Origin: Christensenellaceae bacterium
GTDB taxonomy: Bacteria; Bacillota; Clostridia; Christensenellales; Borkfalkiaceae
Length of the DNA: 64,000 nucleotides
Direction: 5' to 3'
Assembly (NCBI GenBank): GCA_045542235.1
Contig: JAZQKQ010000035.1
Coordinates: forward strand, 1,669 to 65,668
Of this stretch, positions 29,384-39,196 are shown piece by piece. The notes under the pieces are model-generated. The model made no database searches and was not told the DNA's origin. It was given only the letters and a program-made list of their open reading frames with translations. How positions within the stretch are numbered: the first letter of the stretch is position 1; each line of letters starts with the position of its first letter. The translations under genes were made by a program, and so were the position numbers.

Positions 29384-30250
29384 ATGGAAGAAATTAATCA
29401 AAATTTAGAAACCGATGAAACCCTTCAACCCGAAGTCGTTGATGAATCGGTCAATAACGAAAATGAAGAGCCTGCTATGGTTGAAGATAATCAAGAAGAA
29501 AGCAACCAAGCCGAAAGTGAAGAATTAGCTGAAAACGAAAACGAAGAACTTACAATCGTTGAAGATAATCAAGAAGAAAGCGACCAAGCCGAAGGCGAAG
29601 AATTAGCTGAAAGCGAAAGCGAAGAACTTGCAATCGTTGAAGATAATCAAGAAGAAAGCGACCAAGCTGAAAGCGAAGAATTAGAAATTGTTGAAAGTGA
29701 AAATTCTCTCGAACTACCTGAACTTGAAAGTGAAAACGAAAGCGAAGAAATTAAAATTATAGCCGAGGCGGAAGAAAGCTACGTTGCCCCTGAAAAAGCA
29801 GAAGAAATTGTAGCAAAAACCCCCGTATTAGACGATTATCCAGCATCATACAGCAGAATTAAACCAAGTAGATCAATTAAGCCTGACGACGTTGGAGAGC
29901 TTTTTGAAACCGTTGACGACGACGAAGATTCCCTTCCAAAAAGCAAAAAGAAAAAAAGAAAAAAGAAAAAGAAGGCAAAGCCGGTTGATAAAACCGTTTT
30001 ACCTGTAAAAACCTTTAAACTATTAATTTGCGAAATTTTCGTTAGCATTCCAATTATTGGTTTTATTATTGCACTAATTATCAGCCTAAATAAAAAAGCC
30101 AACAAAAACCTTCGTTCATATTCAAAGCTTGCCCTATTTTGGCATATCGTTGGAGTTGGCTTGTTCTTTTTAATTTATATTTACGGCGGTTGGGGCGCAT
30201 TTATTAGCTGGATATTCGACGTTTTTGGCATTGGTGGAGTTTATTGGTAA
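29384..30250 (+). CDS. membrane protein with highly acidic tandem-repeat N-terminal half
   Basis: Start at ATG 29384 follows AAAGGGGA. It has 26-aa E/D/Q-rich repeats, a K-rich patch (KKKKRKKKKKAK), and two C-terminal transmembrane helices. Confidence 0.5.
   Translation: MEEINQNLETDETLQPEVVDESVNNENEEPAMVEDNQEESNQAESEELAENENEELTIVEDNQEESDQAEGEELAESESEELAIVEDNQEESDQAESEELEIVESENSLELPELESENESEEIKIIAEAEESYVAPEKAEEIVAKTPVLDDYPASYSRIKPSRSIKPDDVGELFETVDDDEDSLPKSKKKKRKKKKKAKPVDKTVLPVKTFKLLICEIFVSIPIIGFIIALIISLNKKANKNLRSYSKLALFWHIVGVGLFFLIYIYGGWGAFISWIFDVFGIGGVYW
29480..29690 (+). repeat. in-frame 78-bp tandem repeat, about 2.7 copies
   Basis: gttgaagataatcaagaagaaagc recurs at 29480, 29558 and 29636. 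Confidence 0.85.
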
Positions 30251-30258
30251 AATAACTG

Positions 30259-30287
30259 TTTACAAATTAAAATTTTTGTGATAAAAT
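30259..30287 (+). promoter_or_regulatory. promoter of the small ORF at 30318
   Basis: TTTACA, 17-nt spacer, TGTGATAAAAT. Confidence 0.55.
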
Positions 30288-30317
30288 AAACGTATATATA
30301 AATTAAGGAGTAAGAAA

Positions 30318-30542
30318 ATGAAAATTTATAAAATCGTTCCTTACGCAGGCACCGTTGTTTTAAGAAAAAAAGAATTAGCTCAAGACGCCGTTGTTCGTTA
30401 TTTCGACGTTATCAACCAAGAATGTGTTGACGGTTGGGAATTCGTTAGTATGTGTCCAATCACCGTAACGAGACCGCTTGGTAAACTTCGCATTCGCAAC
30501 GAAACGTATAATGCGTTTATTTTCTCAAAGGAAGAAGAATAA
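30318..30542 (+). CDS. small conserved-looking protein (DUF4177-like?)
   Basis: 74 aa, with AAGGAG 7 nt upstream. It has its own promoter and terminator. The family assignment is a weak recollection. Confidence 0.35.
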   Translation: MKIYKIVPYAGTVVLRKKELAQDAVVRYFDVINQECVDGWEFVSMCPITVTRPLGKLRIRNETYNAFIFSKEEE

Positions 30543-30555
30543 AAAACACTAAAGA

Positions 30556-30590
30556 AAAAAGCTTTTGCCTTTTGCAAAAGCTTTTTGTTT
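30556..30590 (+). terminator. rho-independent terminator
   Basis: AAAAGCTTTTGC/GCAAAAGCTTTT stem followed by T-rich sequence. Confidence 0.75.
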
Positions 30591-30602
30591 TAAAAAAAAT
30601 TT

Positions 30603-30640
30603 AAAAAGGTGGCTTTAACCGTGTTATAGCCACCTTTTTT
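30603..30640 (-). terminator. terminator of the 30642-33521 gene
   Basis: AAAAAGGTGGCT..AGCCACCTTTTTT, which is symmetric with A and T runs. Confidence 0.7.
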
Positions 30641-30641
30641 A

Positions 30642-33521
30642 TTAATCCGTTATAAATTCTATATTATCAATATAGTAGTTAGTGTTGCCGTTTAAAGCGT
30701 AAATTCTAAAATAGTTTACCTTTGATAAATCAATTGCTCCACCCGTTGTTCCTGCCGATGAAATTGGAAGATAAAGTTCGTTCCAACCCGTTTTTACAAC
30801 GTATTGCTCAAAGGACCAATTTAGCTCGTTGCTATCACAAGTGCCGGAAGAAGAAATTTCAATTTGTCCTCCGCCCACGTTGTTTATATCTTCACAATAA
30901 ATATAACAATGCAAATATCCTTTAGAAAACTTTGAAAGGTCTTTGGCGGTAAAAGATCCACTAAGATTAGCGTTCCCACCGCTAACGTTAATTTTCCAAC
31001 TACCAGAGCCTTGTTTTACGAATAATGAATTGGTGTTTAGGCTGGCGTTTAGCCCCTTTGTATCGCAATCGAAAAGAGTTTGTTTAACGGCGTTTGGTCC
31101 AACGTATTCAATTTCATCAACGGTAGAAATTGCGCTGTCAAAAGCCTTTTCCTTGGTCACGCCAAAGCCAATTCTTCCATAAGCTTTCAACCTTCCGCTC
31201 TTATATCCAAGTGAAATTCCGTAAACCCTAAGAGAGCCAACAATAACCATTTCTCCGCCCTCAAGAGTGTAAACGCATTTATCGTTAGGAATATAATCTA
31301 AAGAAGTATTTAAAAGCACTGCGCTACCGCCTACCATTTGACAAAATCCCGCTTCACCGTAACAGAAAGTGTTGAAAATCTTTTGGTTCGTTGGGTTTTT
31401 AAGGGAAATCATTGTGGTGTAAGTTCTTCCAATACCATCACGCAAAATGGCAAAATCTTCGTTAGATTCACCGCTGTTTCTAATTGCTTTCCAGTTATTA
31501 ACGTTGCAGTTTGCCGAATCAAAATAGTCGTAAAGGTTAGAACGAGTCATAAAATTCGGGTTTGATAAACAGCTGGAAATAACGCCGTTTTCGCCACCTA
31601 CTACAATAAAGTTTTTATAGCAAATGCCGTAGTTAGAATTTAAAATATGTCTATTACAACTTGAAAAATCAAAACCAACGTATGCGCCTACAATTTCGTT
31701 GTTTAATGCGTAAACGTCGCAACCCAATCCTTTAACGGCAACGTCGTTTGGGGCTGAACTATTATCAAGGGCGGTTTTTGCATTTTTAAAATCGTTTTTA
31801 GCAAGCCAAATGCGAACGCCCCTTAAACCTGCGCCTTCTTCAAGATTAAAGGTTTCACCGCTTACGTAGCTTACGAACACAACTCCGTTTTTTCCGTTTT
31901 GACTTTGGTTAGTTCTTGAAAAAACTCCCTGTGAAGACCTAAGTTCAACGTTTTTAGGAATGGTCACCTTGCCGTTTAATCTATAAATGCCGTTAGGAAC
32001 AACCACAACGCCACCCGAACTTGACACACCTTTTAAAATTTGGTTAAGCTTTTCAGTGTTGTCAACCATACCACCGCCGGTTAGCCCTTCGGCAATATAT
32101 AGCTTGGTATGCTTTGGATAGCTAAGGTTAAAATTCATATTATATTTTGAAAGGTCAACCGAACCACTTTCAACAACGTTCGTGCCTGAGCCGGAAAATT
32201 CCGCCGTTGAAGAAGCCGTTTTAATTACGCCTACCGGTGAGTTATTAACAACTTTACCAAGGCTGGAATTGGTAAACACAACACCGCTTCTACCATTTAA
32301 ATAATCGGCATATACGCCGGTTTCCGCCTTAATTTGGGCGTTATTTACAAGACCCCAAAAGCCTGCGTCGGCCCTGATACCCGTTGTAAATTTAATTCCA
32401 ATTTTTGCCCTATCAATTTTTACGTTAGCAATCAGTTGATCGTCAAGGTCGCCTAAAACTAACCCTTCAAGGTTGTTTGAAATATATTCGTTAAGTTTTT
32501 GCGAATTTTGACAAGAAAAACCTTTGGTTGCGTTAATCCAATATTTTGGCGAAAGGTTTAAATTATTATAAAAACCAACGTCGGTAGTGGCGTTATGGGT
32601 TAAAGCGTTTTTCAAAAAAGTTCCGTATAAATTTTCAATGTTGCAAAGTTCGTTATAGCTTGTTTTTAACGAAATTCCAATTCCGTAAACGCTGTTTAAA
32701 AAGGTCACGTTTTTAATGGTCGTGGTCACCGGGCTATCGGCATAAATGGTATAGCCATAGTCTATTACGCCGTTAATATTTTGTTCGGTATAATAAAAGG
32801 TTAACCCCTCCACACCGCTGTGTCCACTAAGTTTAAAAAGCGGTTTTTCATAAGGCTTTAAACTTCCAAGTGCCGTTGGTTTTGCAAGGATAATCGTGCC
32901 GTAGGCAGGGTTATCTATTTCAGGGTTTTGCCAATCGCCACGCAAGGTAACGTATTGCGGAAGGGAAATTTCCCCCGTAACAAGGTATTGTCCGGCAGGC
33001 AAAAACACCGTTCCACCACCGTTTTGCGAAACCTGATTAATTGCCGACTGAATGGCGGAAGTGGAATCCTTTACGCCCGTTTTATCGGCGCCGTAATCGG
33101 TGGCAACCGCATCGCAAATAACCGTGTCGGCTGTTTGATAAATGGTTGAAACAATTTTGGTTTTAGCGTTTGAGTTAAGCGGAGAAATATAGCTTTCAAC
33201 TTGATTAATTTGCGGTGTGTTATTTTCCCCGTCACCGCTACTATCTTCTTTTGAAGACGAAGTCAAGCTTTCTAAACTCGAAGAATTTTGACTGTTTTCC
33301 GCCCAATTGCTTTTACTATTTTCTTTACTTTCGCCTACGCTTTTTTCCGTTGATTTATTGGCAGATATAACGCTATTGCTTGGGCTGACAAGCCATTTTG
33401 AGCTTTTGGTTTGTGCTTGGCTACTTTTTTCGCTAACCAGCCCACTGCCGTTTGGCGTTCCCTTTGAACAACCAACGACTAAAAAAATTAGGCATATTAA
33501 AAATACTATTAATTTTTTCAT
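30642..33521 (-). CDS. lipoprotein with two pectate-lyase-superfamily (GH55-like) beta-helix modules and a C-terminal CBM-like domain
   Basis: Lipobox VVGC and a Ser-rich linker. DYGADKTGVKDSTSAIQSAI..GGGTVFLPAGQYLV is the Pectate_lyase_3 N-terminal signature. A second copy reads GGVVVVPNGIYRLNG. Confidence 0.5.
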   Translation of the reverse strand: MKKLIVFLICLIFLVVGCSKGTPNGSGLVSEKSSQAQTKSSKWLVSPSNSVISANKSTEKSVGESKENSKSNWAENSQNSSSLESLTSSSKEDSSGDGENNTPQINQVESYISPLNSNAKTKIVSTIYQTADTVICDAVATDYGADKTGVKDSTSAIQSAINQVSQNGGGTVFLPAGQYLVTGEISLPQYVTLRGDWQNPEIDNPAYGTIILAKPTALGSLKPYEKPLFKLSGHSGVEGLTFYYTEQNINGVIDYGYTIYADSPVTTTIKNVTFLNSVYGIGISLKTSYNELCNIENLYGTFLKNALTHNATTDVGFYNNLNLSPKYWINATKGFSCQNSQKLNEYISNNLEGLVLGDLDDQLIANVKIDRAKIGIKFTTGIRADAGFWGLVNNAQIKAETGVYADYLNGRSGVVFTNSSLGKVVNNSPVGVIKTASSTAEFSGSGTNVVESGSVDLSKYNMNFNLSYPKHTKLYIAEGLTGGGMVDNTEKLNQILKGVSSSGGVVVVPNGIYRLNGKVTIPKNVELRSSQGVFSRTNQSQNGKNGVVFVSYVSGETFNLEEGAGLRGVRIWLAKNDFKNAKTALDNSSAPNDVAVKGLGCDVYALNNEIVGAYVGFDFSSCNRHILNSNYGICYKNFIVVGGENGVISSCLSNPNFMTRSNLYDYFDSANCNVNNWKAIRNSGESNEDFAILRDGIGRTYTTMISLKNPTNQKIFNTFCYGEAGFCQMVGGSAVLLNTSLDYIPNDKCVYTLEGGEMVIVGSLRVYGISLGYKSGRLKAYGRIGFGVTKEKAFDSAISTVDEIEYVGPNAVKQTLFDCDTKGLNASLNTNSLFVKQGSGSWKINVSGGNANLSGSFTAKDLSKFSKGYLHCYIYCEDINNVGGGQIEISSSGTCDSNELNWSFEQYVVKTGWNELYLPISSAGTTGGAIDLSKVNYFRIYALNGNTNYYIDNIEFITD

Positions 33522-33583
33522 AAAAAACCTTTATAATTTTTAGTTTAGCTTAATAAATTAACTAAATATTTTTATTAAAAAGT

Positions 33584-33603
33584 GGTCTATAAGTCGATTA
33601 AAC
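33584..33603 (+). repeat. intergenic motif copy 4 (plus orientation)
   Basis: ggtctATAAGTCGATTAAac. Here the motif sits in the loop of a GTGGT/ACCAC hairpin flanked by A and T runs. Confidence 0.85.
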
Positions 33604-33620
33604 CCATAAACCACCATTTT

Positions 33621-34544
33621 TTATAACCTTGTAGTAGTAATTTTATCGTAAATTTCTTTATATTTATCTTTATAGAATAAATTACTACCAGGCGTGGTAA
33701 CCGAAGCCGTTCCCGCAGCAACGCCACACCTTAACATCTCTTCAATTCCAGCGCCTTTTTCAATGGCAACGGCAACGCCGGCAACCATGCTATCCCCTGC
33801 GCCAACGGTTGAATTAACCGCAACGTTTTCACTCTTTGAATAAAAAGCGTTAGTTCCATCGGTTAAAATTGCTCCGTCCTTTCCAAGGGAAAGTAGCACG
33901 GTTTTTGCGCCACGGTCAATAAGTTTATAGCATCCTTTAACCATATCTTTAAAATTAGTATAGCTTTCCTTATTAACAACTTCAAGCTCGTTAAGGTTTG
34001 GCTTTGCCATAAACACACCTTGGCTAAGAGCGCAAAGCATTTTTTCACTTTCGCAGTCAACTATAACTTTTGAGGTTTTGTTTGAAGCCCCGACCATTTT
34101 ACCATAATAATCGTCGGCAACGCCACTTGGTAAAGAGCCGGAAATTATGGTAATTTGAGCATCTTTACTCATTTCGCCAATAACTCTAATTAGTTCGGCT
34201 TGCTTTTCTTTTGAAACGTTAGCGCCACGATCGTTAATTTCAGTCATCATCGATTTGCTATCAATAATTTTATAATTAATGCGAACGTGCCCTCTCGACC
34301 AAACGAAAGAAGCGGAAACCCCTTCGTTTGCAAGATATTGCATACACCGCCTACCGCCCGTTTCAAACATAAAACCGGTAGTTTTAACTTGGTGGTTAAG
34401 CCTTGCCACACCTACTGCGGCGTTAAGGGCTTTACCTGCCCATCGTTCAATTTTATTTTCAATTCTATTAAGCCTGCCAACGTTAAATTTTTCAAGCTCT
34501 AAAGTGCAATCGATGCACGGATTTGGACATACCGTTAAAATCAT
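33621..34544 (-). CDS. 1-phosphofructokinase-family (PfkB) hexose-phosphate kinase
   Basis: ILTVCPNPCIDCT N-terminus and GAGDSMVAG motif. Start trimmed to ATG 34544. Confidence 0.8.
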   Translation of the reverse strand: MILTVCPNPCIDCTLELEKFNVGRLNRIENKIERWAGKALNAAVGVARLNHQVKTTGFMFETGGRRCMQYLANEGVSASFVWSRGHVRINYKIIDSKSMMTEINDRGANVSKEKQAELIRVIGEMSKDAQITIISGSLPSGVADDYYGKMVGASNKTSKVIVDCESEKMLCALSQGVFMAKPNLNELEVVNKESYTNFKDMVKGCYKLIDRGAKTVLLSLGKDGAILTDGTNAFYSKSENVAVNSTVGAGDSMVAGVAVAIEKGAGIEEMLRCGVAAGTASVTTPGSNLFYKDKYKEIYDKITTTRL

Positions 34545-34585
34545 TTTAATTCTCCGTCGACAAAGCAATGATAATTAAACTTGGG

Positions 34586-34613
34586 TATAGGCTAGTTAAA
34601 AAACTAGCCTATA
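34586..34613. other. perfect 12-bp-arm inverted repeat between the EF-G paralogue and the kinase gene
   Basis: TATAGGCTAGTT-aaaa-AACTAGCCTATA. Neither strand has a U-run after it. Confidence 0.6.
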
Positions 34614-34619
34614 GCACGA

Positions 34620-36680
34620 TTATTTATTCTTTTTTGCTTCATCAATAATTTTTTGAGCATTTTGAGCAGGCACTTCTTCATAGCGTGCAAACTCTAATTT
34701 ATACTTGCCCCTACCTTGAGTCATACTTCTAAGGTCAGTTGCGTATTTTAAAATTTCCGATTCAGGAACTTCCGCTTCAACAACTTGCTTGTTGCCATCG
34801 ATGTGAGTTCCTAAAATTCTACCACGGCGCTTATTCATATCGCCCATAATTGCGCCAAGAAAATCTGGTGGGATAACGATTTCAGCGCTCATAACAGGTT
34901 CTAAAATGCAAGGTCTTGCGTTTGGAATACCCTTTAAATAAGCATCTTTCGCAGCGCCGATAAAGGCAATTTCCTTACTGTCAACCGGGTGAGATTTACC
35001 ATCGAAAAGAGTGCATTTTAAGTTAACCATTGGATAGCCGGCTAAAACGCCTTGTTTCATTGCTTCCCTTAAACCTTTATCAACGGCAGGAATAAATTGG
35101 CGAGGAACCGCACCGCCTACAACGGCATCAACGAATTCGTAAACGCCGTCTTCTGCGCCACTTTCAAACTTAACGGATACAACGCCGTATTGACCACCGC
35201 CACCCGACTGTTTAATATGGCGACCTTCAGCTTCCGCACGGAACTTAATAGTTTCACGGAAGGCAACTTTTGGTTCTTTCAAAATTGCCGAGCAACCGAA
35301 TTTTGCTTTAAGCTTTTTACATAAAACGGCAAGTTGGGCATCGCCAACGCCGGCTAAAATCATTTCACCGGTTTCTTCGTTTTTGGTTACCTTAAAGCAA
35401 GTATCTTCTTCCCTAAGCTTTCTTAAACCTTGGAAAATTTTATCTTCATCGCCTTGTTTTTCAGCGTAAACAGCCATTTGATAAACGGGAGCAGGCTTGT
35501 CGATTGGGTCAATTTTAACCCTAATGCCGTCACCGCAAAGGGTGTCGCCCGTTCTAATGTCGTCGAGCTTGTTAGTTGCGCCAATATCGCCTGCACAAAT
35601 TTCCGAAACAGGAATTTGTTTTTTGCCGTTAACGAAATAGAGCGAAGAAATTTTTTCTTGAGCATCGTTGCCCATATTAAACAAGGTCATACCCGTTTTA
35701 ACCGTTCCCGAAACAACCTTAAAAATTGAAAGTTTACCAAAGAATGGATCAACGATAGTTTTGAAAACGTGTAATACAACGGGGCCGTTAGCATCTAACT
35801 TAATTTCTTCAATGTCGTCGTCAGGAGTAGTAGCAACCAAGGTTGGAGCTTCATCAGGCGATGGGAAAAGCGCCTTCATTTTATCTTTTAAATACATAAC
35901 GCATTGGTTTTTAAGTCCACTACCGCCAATGATAGGAATACAACCGCATTGATTCATACCAATGTTAATACCCTTTTCCATATCTTCCATAGAAAGAGTG
36001 CCCGTTTCAAAATATTTATCTAAAAGTTCTTCGTCGTTTCCTGCCGCAACTTCGCAAAGTTCGTTAAATTCACGCTCGAACTTTGGTTTAATATGGTCGG
36101 GAATTTCACCGAGATTTTTACCGTCGAGACTGTAATAATTACCACTTGAAACGCTTACGAAACCAATAATTTTGTCATTTTCAACGCTTGGAATGAACAT
36201 TGAAGCAACAAGCTTTGGATATTTTTCTTTAATGGCTTGATAAGTTTTTAAAAAAGTAGAATTTTCTTTATCTAATCCAGACACGAAAATAAGGCAAGGC
36301 TTTTTCTTTTCAATGCAGTAATCAATAGCTTTTTCCGTTCCTACCGATAAGTTACCGCTAGCGCTGGTTACGATAACGGCTGCGTCGGCCGCAACGAGGG
36401 CTTGATACATTTCGCCTTCAAAATCGAAAAATCCTGGAACGTCAATAATATTAAACTTATAACCGTCATCGTAAGTTGCACTTGCAACCGAAAGGGAAAT
36501 AGAGCTCTTTTTAGCAATTTCTTCGCTGTCAAAGTCCATAACGGTGTTGCCGTCGTCAACCTTTCCAAGGCGGTCGATAACCTTTGCGTTGTAAAGCATT
36601 GCTTCAGCTAAGGTGGTTTTGCCCTCACCGGAGTGACCAATAAGCGCAATGTTTCTAATTTTCTTAACGTCGATACCCAT
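34620..36680 (-). CDS. EF-G paralogue with degenerate GTPase motifs
   Basis: Five-domain EF-G length and order. G1 is GHSGEGKT. G3 is DVPGFFDF, with the catalytic His replaced by Phe. G4 is SGLD instead of NKxD. Confidence 0.8.
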   Translation of the reverse strand: MGIDVKKIRNIALIGHSGEGKTTLAEAMLYNAKVIDRLGKVDDGNTVMDFDSEEIAKKSSISLSVASATYDDGYKFNIIDVPGFFDFEGEMYQALVAADAAVIVTSASGNLSVGTEKAIDYCIEKKKPCLIFVSGLDKENSTFLKTYQAIKEKYPKLVASMFIPSVENDKIIGFVSVSSGNYYSLDGKNLGEIPDHIKPKFEREFNELCEVAAGNDEELLDKYFETGTLSMEDMEKGINIGMNQCGCIPIIGGSGLKNQCVMYLKDKMKALFPSPDEAPTLVATTPDDDIEEIKLDANGPVVLHVFKTIVDPFFGKLSIFKVVSGTVKTGMTLFNMGNDAQEKISSLYFVNGKKQIPVSEICAGDIGATNKLDDIRTGDTLCGDGIRVKIDPIDKPAPVYQMAVYAEKQGDEDKIFQGLRKLREEDTCFKVTKNEETGEMILAGVGDAQLAVLCKKLKAKFGCSAILKEPKVAFRETIKFRAEAEGRHIKQSGGGGQYGVVSVKFESGAEDGVYEFVDAVVGGAVPRQFIPAVDKGLREAMKQGVLAGYPMVNLKCTLFDGKSHPVDSKEIAFIGAAKDAYLKGIPNARPCILEPVMSAEIVIPPDFLGAIMGDMNKRRGRILGTHIDGNKQVVEAEVPESEILKYATDLRSMTQGRGKYKLEFARYEEVPAQNAQKIIDEAKKNK

Positions 36681-36781
36681 AATAATCATTTTCCTTATTA
36701 TATATTTTATTAAACAAATTTAAAAAATTTCTTTAAAGCAAGGCAAAAATTAAAACTACTAATTTTCCTTTGCTCCTGCTT

Positions 36782-36810
36782 ATTATACTATATTTTGCTT
36801 AACATTTCAA
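36782..36810 (-). promoter_or_regulatory. promoter of the EF-G paralogue
   Basis: On the minus strand: TTGAAA, 17-nt spacer, TATAAT. The leader is about 100 nt. Confidence 0.6.
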
Positions 36811-36897
36811 TAGGCATTTTAAAATTTTCACATTAAATTTTTCATTTTGTCCTTTTGTGTAATTTTTTTCACGTAAAACCGCCCTTTCAAAGCTAAA

Positions 36898-36932
36898 AAG
36901 GCCGTGACTAACTAGCCACGCCCTTTTTTTAG
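36898..36932 (-). terminator. probable terminator after the Sel1 gene
   Basis: On the minus strand: GGGCGTG..CACGGCC hairpin (one mismatch) followed by TTTTT. Confidence 0.5.
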
Positions 36933-36939
36933 CTTAATT

Positions 36940-37782
36940 TTAAGGTTTTTTCATTGCAGCAACCCTTGACATTGCTAAAATATTACCCTTTTCCGCCGAC
37001 TTTTTATAAAGCTGATAAGCCTTGTCCATATCCACCTGCTTGCCTTTGCCGAAGAAATAGCAATTGCCCAAGTTATATAAGGCTTTATCATCACCCTGTT
37101 CAGCCGCCTTTTCTAGCCAAGAAATGGCTAACTTATAATTTTGGTGTTTTGGTTCTAAATAATAAGCGCCCATAACCCCCTGACTTTGAGCGTTTCCGTT
37201 ATGAGCGGAAATATCAAACCACTCGTAGGCCTTTGACGGATTTTTACTAACGTAAATTCCCTTTAAGTAAAAGGTTGCCAAATTATATTGAGCTTTATCG
37301 CATCCTAAAAAAGCGGCCCGCTCGTAATATTCAAAAGCTTGCCTTAATTTTGGCGGTATGGTTTTAGTGTAAGCGTAGGCAATTGAGCACATAGAATTGG
37401 TGTCGCCCATGTCCGCAGCTTTTTGAAAATATTCCATTGCCTTTGCCATGCTTGCTTCAACGCCGTAACCCTTTTTATGGCAAACCCCCAACAATCTATA
37501 AACGTTAACGTCTTTAAGCTCGGTTAATGAATTTAACCAAAAAAACGCCCTTTCATAGTCCTGAGTAGTCCCTAAACCGTAATAGCAACACATTGCCAAA
37601 TTATATCGAGCATCGCTATCGCCACCGTAAGTCGCCTTGGAAAAAAGTTCAAAAGCCCGCTCAAAGTTTTGTTCAACGCCCTTACCTAAAAAATACATTT
37701 TACCAAGCAAACATTGAGCACGAGCATTGTCGGTTTCAGCCAAAATATTTAATTGATCAACGTAGTTAACAATTCTTTCCAT
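36940..37782 (-). CDS. Sel1-like repeat (SLR/TPR) protein
   Basis: About seven repeats of A..W/Y..KAA..G...A...LG..Y..G.GV.. Confidence 0.85.
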   Translation of the reverse strand: MERIVNYVDQLNILAETDNARAQCLLGKMYFLGKGVEQNFERAFELFSKATYGGDSDARYNLAMCCYYGLGTTQDYERAFFWLNSLTELKDVNVYRLLGVCHKKGYGVEASMAKAMEYFQKAADMGDTNSMCSIAYAYTKTIPPKLRQAFEYYERAAFLGCDKAQYNLATFYLKGIYVSKNPSKAYEWFDISAHNGNAQSQGVMGAYYLEPKHQNYKLAISWLEKAAEQGDDKALYNLGNCYFFGKGKQVDMDKAYQLYKKSAEKGNILAMSRVAAMKKP

Positions 37783-37826
37783 AATTTCACCAAATGCTTA
37801 ATTTTTTTATTAAAACTTTAAAAACT

Positions 37827-37845
37827 CGCCTATAAGTCGATTAAT
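37827..37845 (+). repeat. intergenic motif copy 5 (plus orientation)
   Basis: cgcctATAAGTCGATTAAt. It overlaps the stop codon of the VWA gene (37841-37843). Confidence 0.85.
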
Positions 37846-39196
37846 TGGCATTTTTATCAACCATTCGAGCAACCACGCCGTATGGCGGATCGATTTCAAG
37901 GTTATTTATTACCCACAAAACGGGTATGTCGATAATTTTATTTTTATCGGGGAAAGGAGCATAGCCATCGGTTAAAATTACAACCGATTTAGGCAAATTA
38001 TCCGCCATTTCCTTTTCAATATATTTAAATATAACCCCAAAGTCAGTTCCCCCACCGCCGTAGGCGTTAATTCGCTTAAACTCCTCTTCATCCATAAAAG
38101 GAACGGGCTTTACGACTTCGGCATCGAAAAAACCTAAATAGCCTTTAAGCTTTCCGTTAAATTGGTCGATTGCCCCCTTAATTTCACTATAACACCTTGC
38201 AACGTCGTCGTCACTCATTGAACCGGAAGTATCAATCATAAATAAAATATTTTCAACGCTTTCATCCTTTTCGTTGAAATCGGGCAGGTAAAACCCGTTA
38301 TCAAACCGCCTATCCGGTGGCGAAAAAGAATAATCCATAACTTCTTCTTGAACGAAATTTTGCAAAATCGTTCGCCAATCGATAATTGGATTTTTTAATT
38401 GATCTAAAACTCTCTTAGCGCAAAGTGGCACCAACCCACGGCTGGTTGACGATTCTCTAACGGAAATAGACTCAACCGCTTGGCGCAAACGCATTTCCCA
38501 AAAACGTTCAAGTTCATCGTTATCGGGGGTTTTTCCCCATTGGCTATGGCTGTCTATTCTCGCACCACTAACACCGCAATCAGGATAGCCGTAACCATTG
38601 GATTTCATTCCGCCGTTTCCGCCGTTTGAATTTTTACCTTGTCCGTTTCGTCCATTATTATTTTGACCGTTTTTACCTGATGAGCCATTAGACGAAGAAG
38701 AATTTTTACTGCTAACCCCTTTTTTGGCGTTTTTTTCAAACTCCTTCTTTATTAGCTCGTAAACTTCTTCGGCGGTGTATAAATAGCCTTCGCTTCCGTC
38801 GGGAACGGTGTGCATTGCCTCGCCGTAGTTAGTTAAAGTAATTTTTCGTTTATCCATATTTTGCGAACGCAAAATGTTTGAATTCACAACAACGTCGCAA
38901 GCAACGTTAAACAAAAACTCATCACGCCCATTCGTTCTAAAACAATGCTTTAACGCAATGTGCAAAACTTCGTGCATAAGCACAAAGTCAAGCTCGGAGT
39001 CGGTTAATTCCCCTAAAAACCTTGTTCCAAAAACAATTTTCTCCCCGTCGGTATAAGCCGTTTCGGCGTTAGAGTCAATGGCAAACTTTGCGTGCATTAA
39101 TAAAATTCCGTAAAAGCCGTTTTCCGTTAAAAGCCTAAGCCGAGAAAGAAGCAAACGTTTAGAATATTCTTTCATTAAATCATTAGACAATTCCAT
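37841..39196 (-). CDS. zincin metallopeptidase-like N-domain + low-complexity linker + VWA domain (DUF2201-type architecture)
   Basis: HExxH as LMHEVLHIALKH. A G/N/S-rich linker. MIDAS motif as MIDTSGSMS, and VILTDG. Confidence 0.8.
   Translation of the reverse strand: MELSNDLMKEYSKRLLLSRLRLLTENGFYGILLMHAKFAIDSNAETAYTDGEKIVFGTRFLGELTDSELDFVLMHEVLHIALKHCFRTNGRDEFLFNVACDVVVNSNILRSQNMDKRKITLTNYGEAMHTVPDGSEGYLYTAEEVYELIKKEFEKNAKKGVSSKNSSSSNGSSGKNGQNNNGRNGQGKNSNGGNGGMKSNGYGYPDCGVSGARIDSHSQWGKTPDNDELERFWEMRLRQAVESISVRESSTSRGLVPLCAKRVLDQLKNPIIDWRTILQNFVQEEVMDYSFSPPDRRFDNGFYLPDFNEKDESVENILFMIDTSGSMSDDDVARCYSEIKGAIDQFNGKLKGYLGFFDAEVVKPVPFMDEEEFKRINAYGGGGTDFGVIFKYIEKEMADNLPKSVVILTDGYAPFPDKNKIIDIPVLWVINNLEIDPPYGVVARMVDKNAN

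Noticed and set aside
34620-36680. Tet(M)/Tet(O)-type ribosomal protection protein.
   Set aside because: Ribosomal protection proteins keep intact G3 (DTPGH) and G4 (NKxD) motifs, and this protein has neither. There is no resistance-element context.
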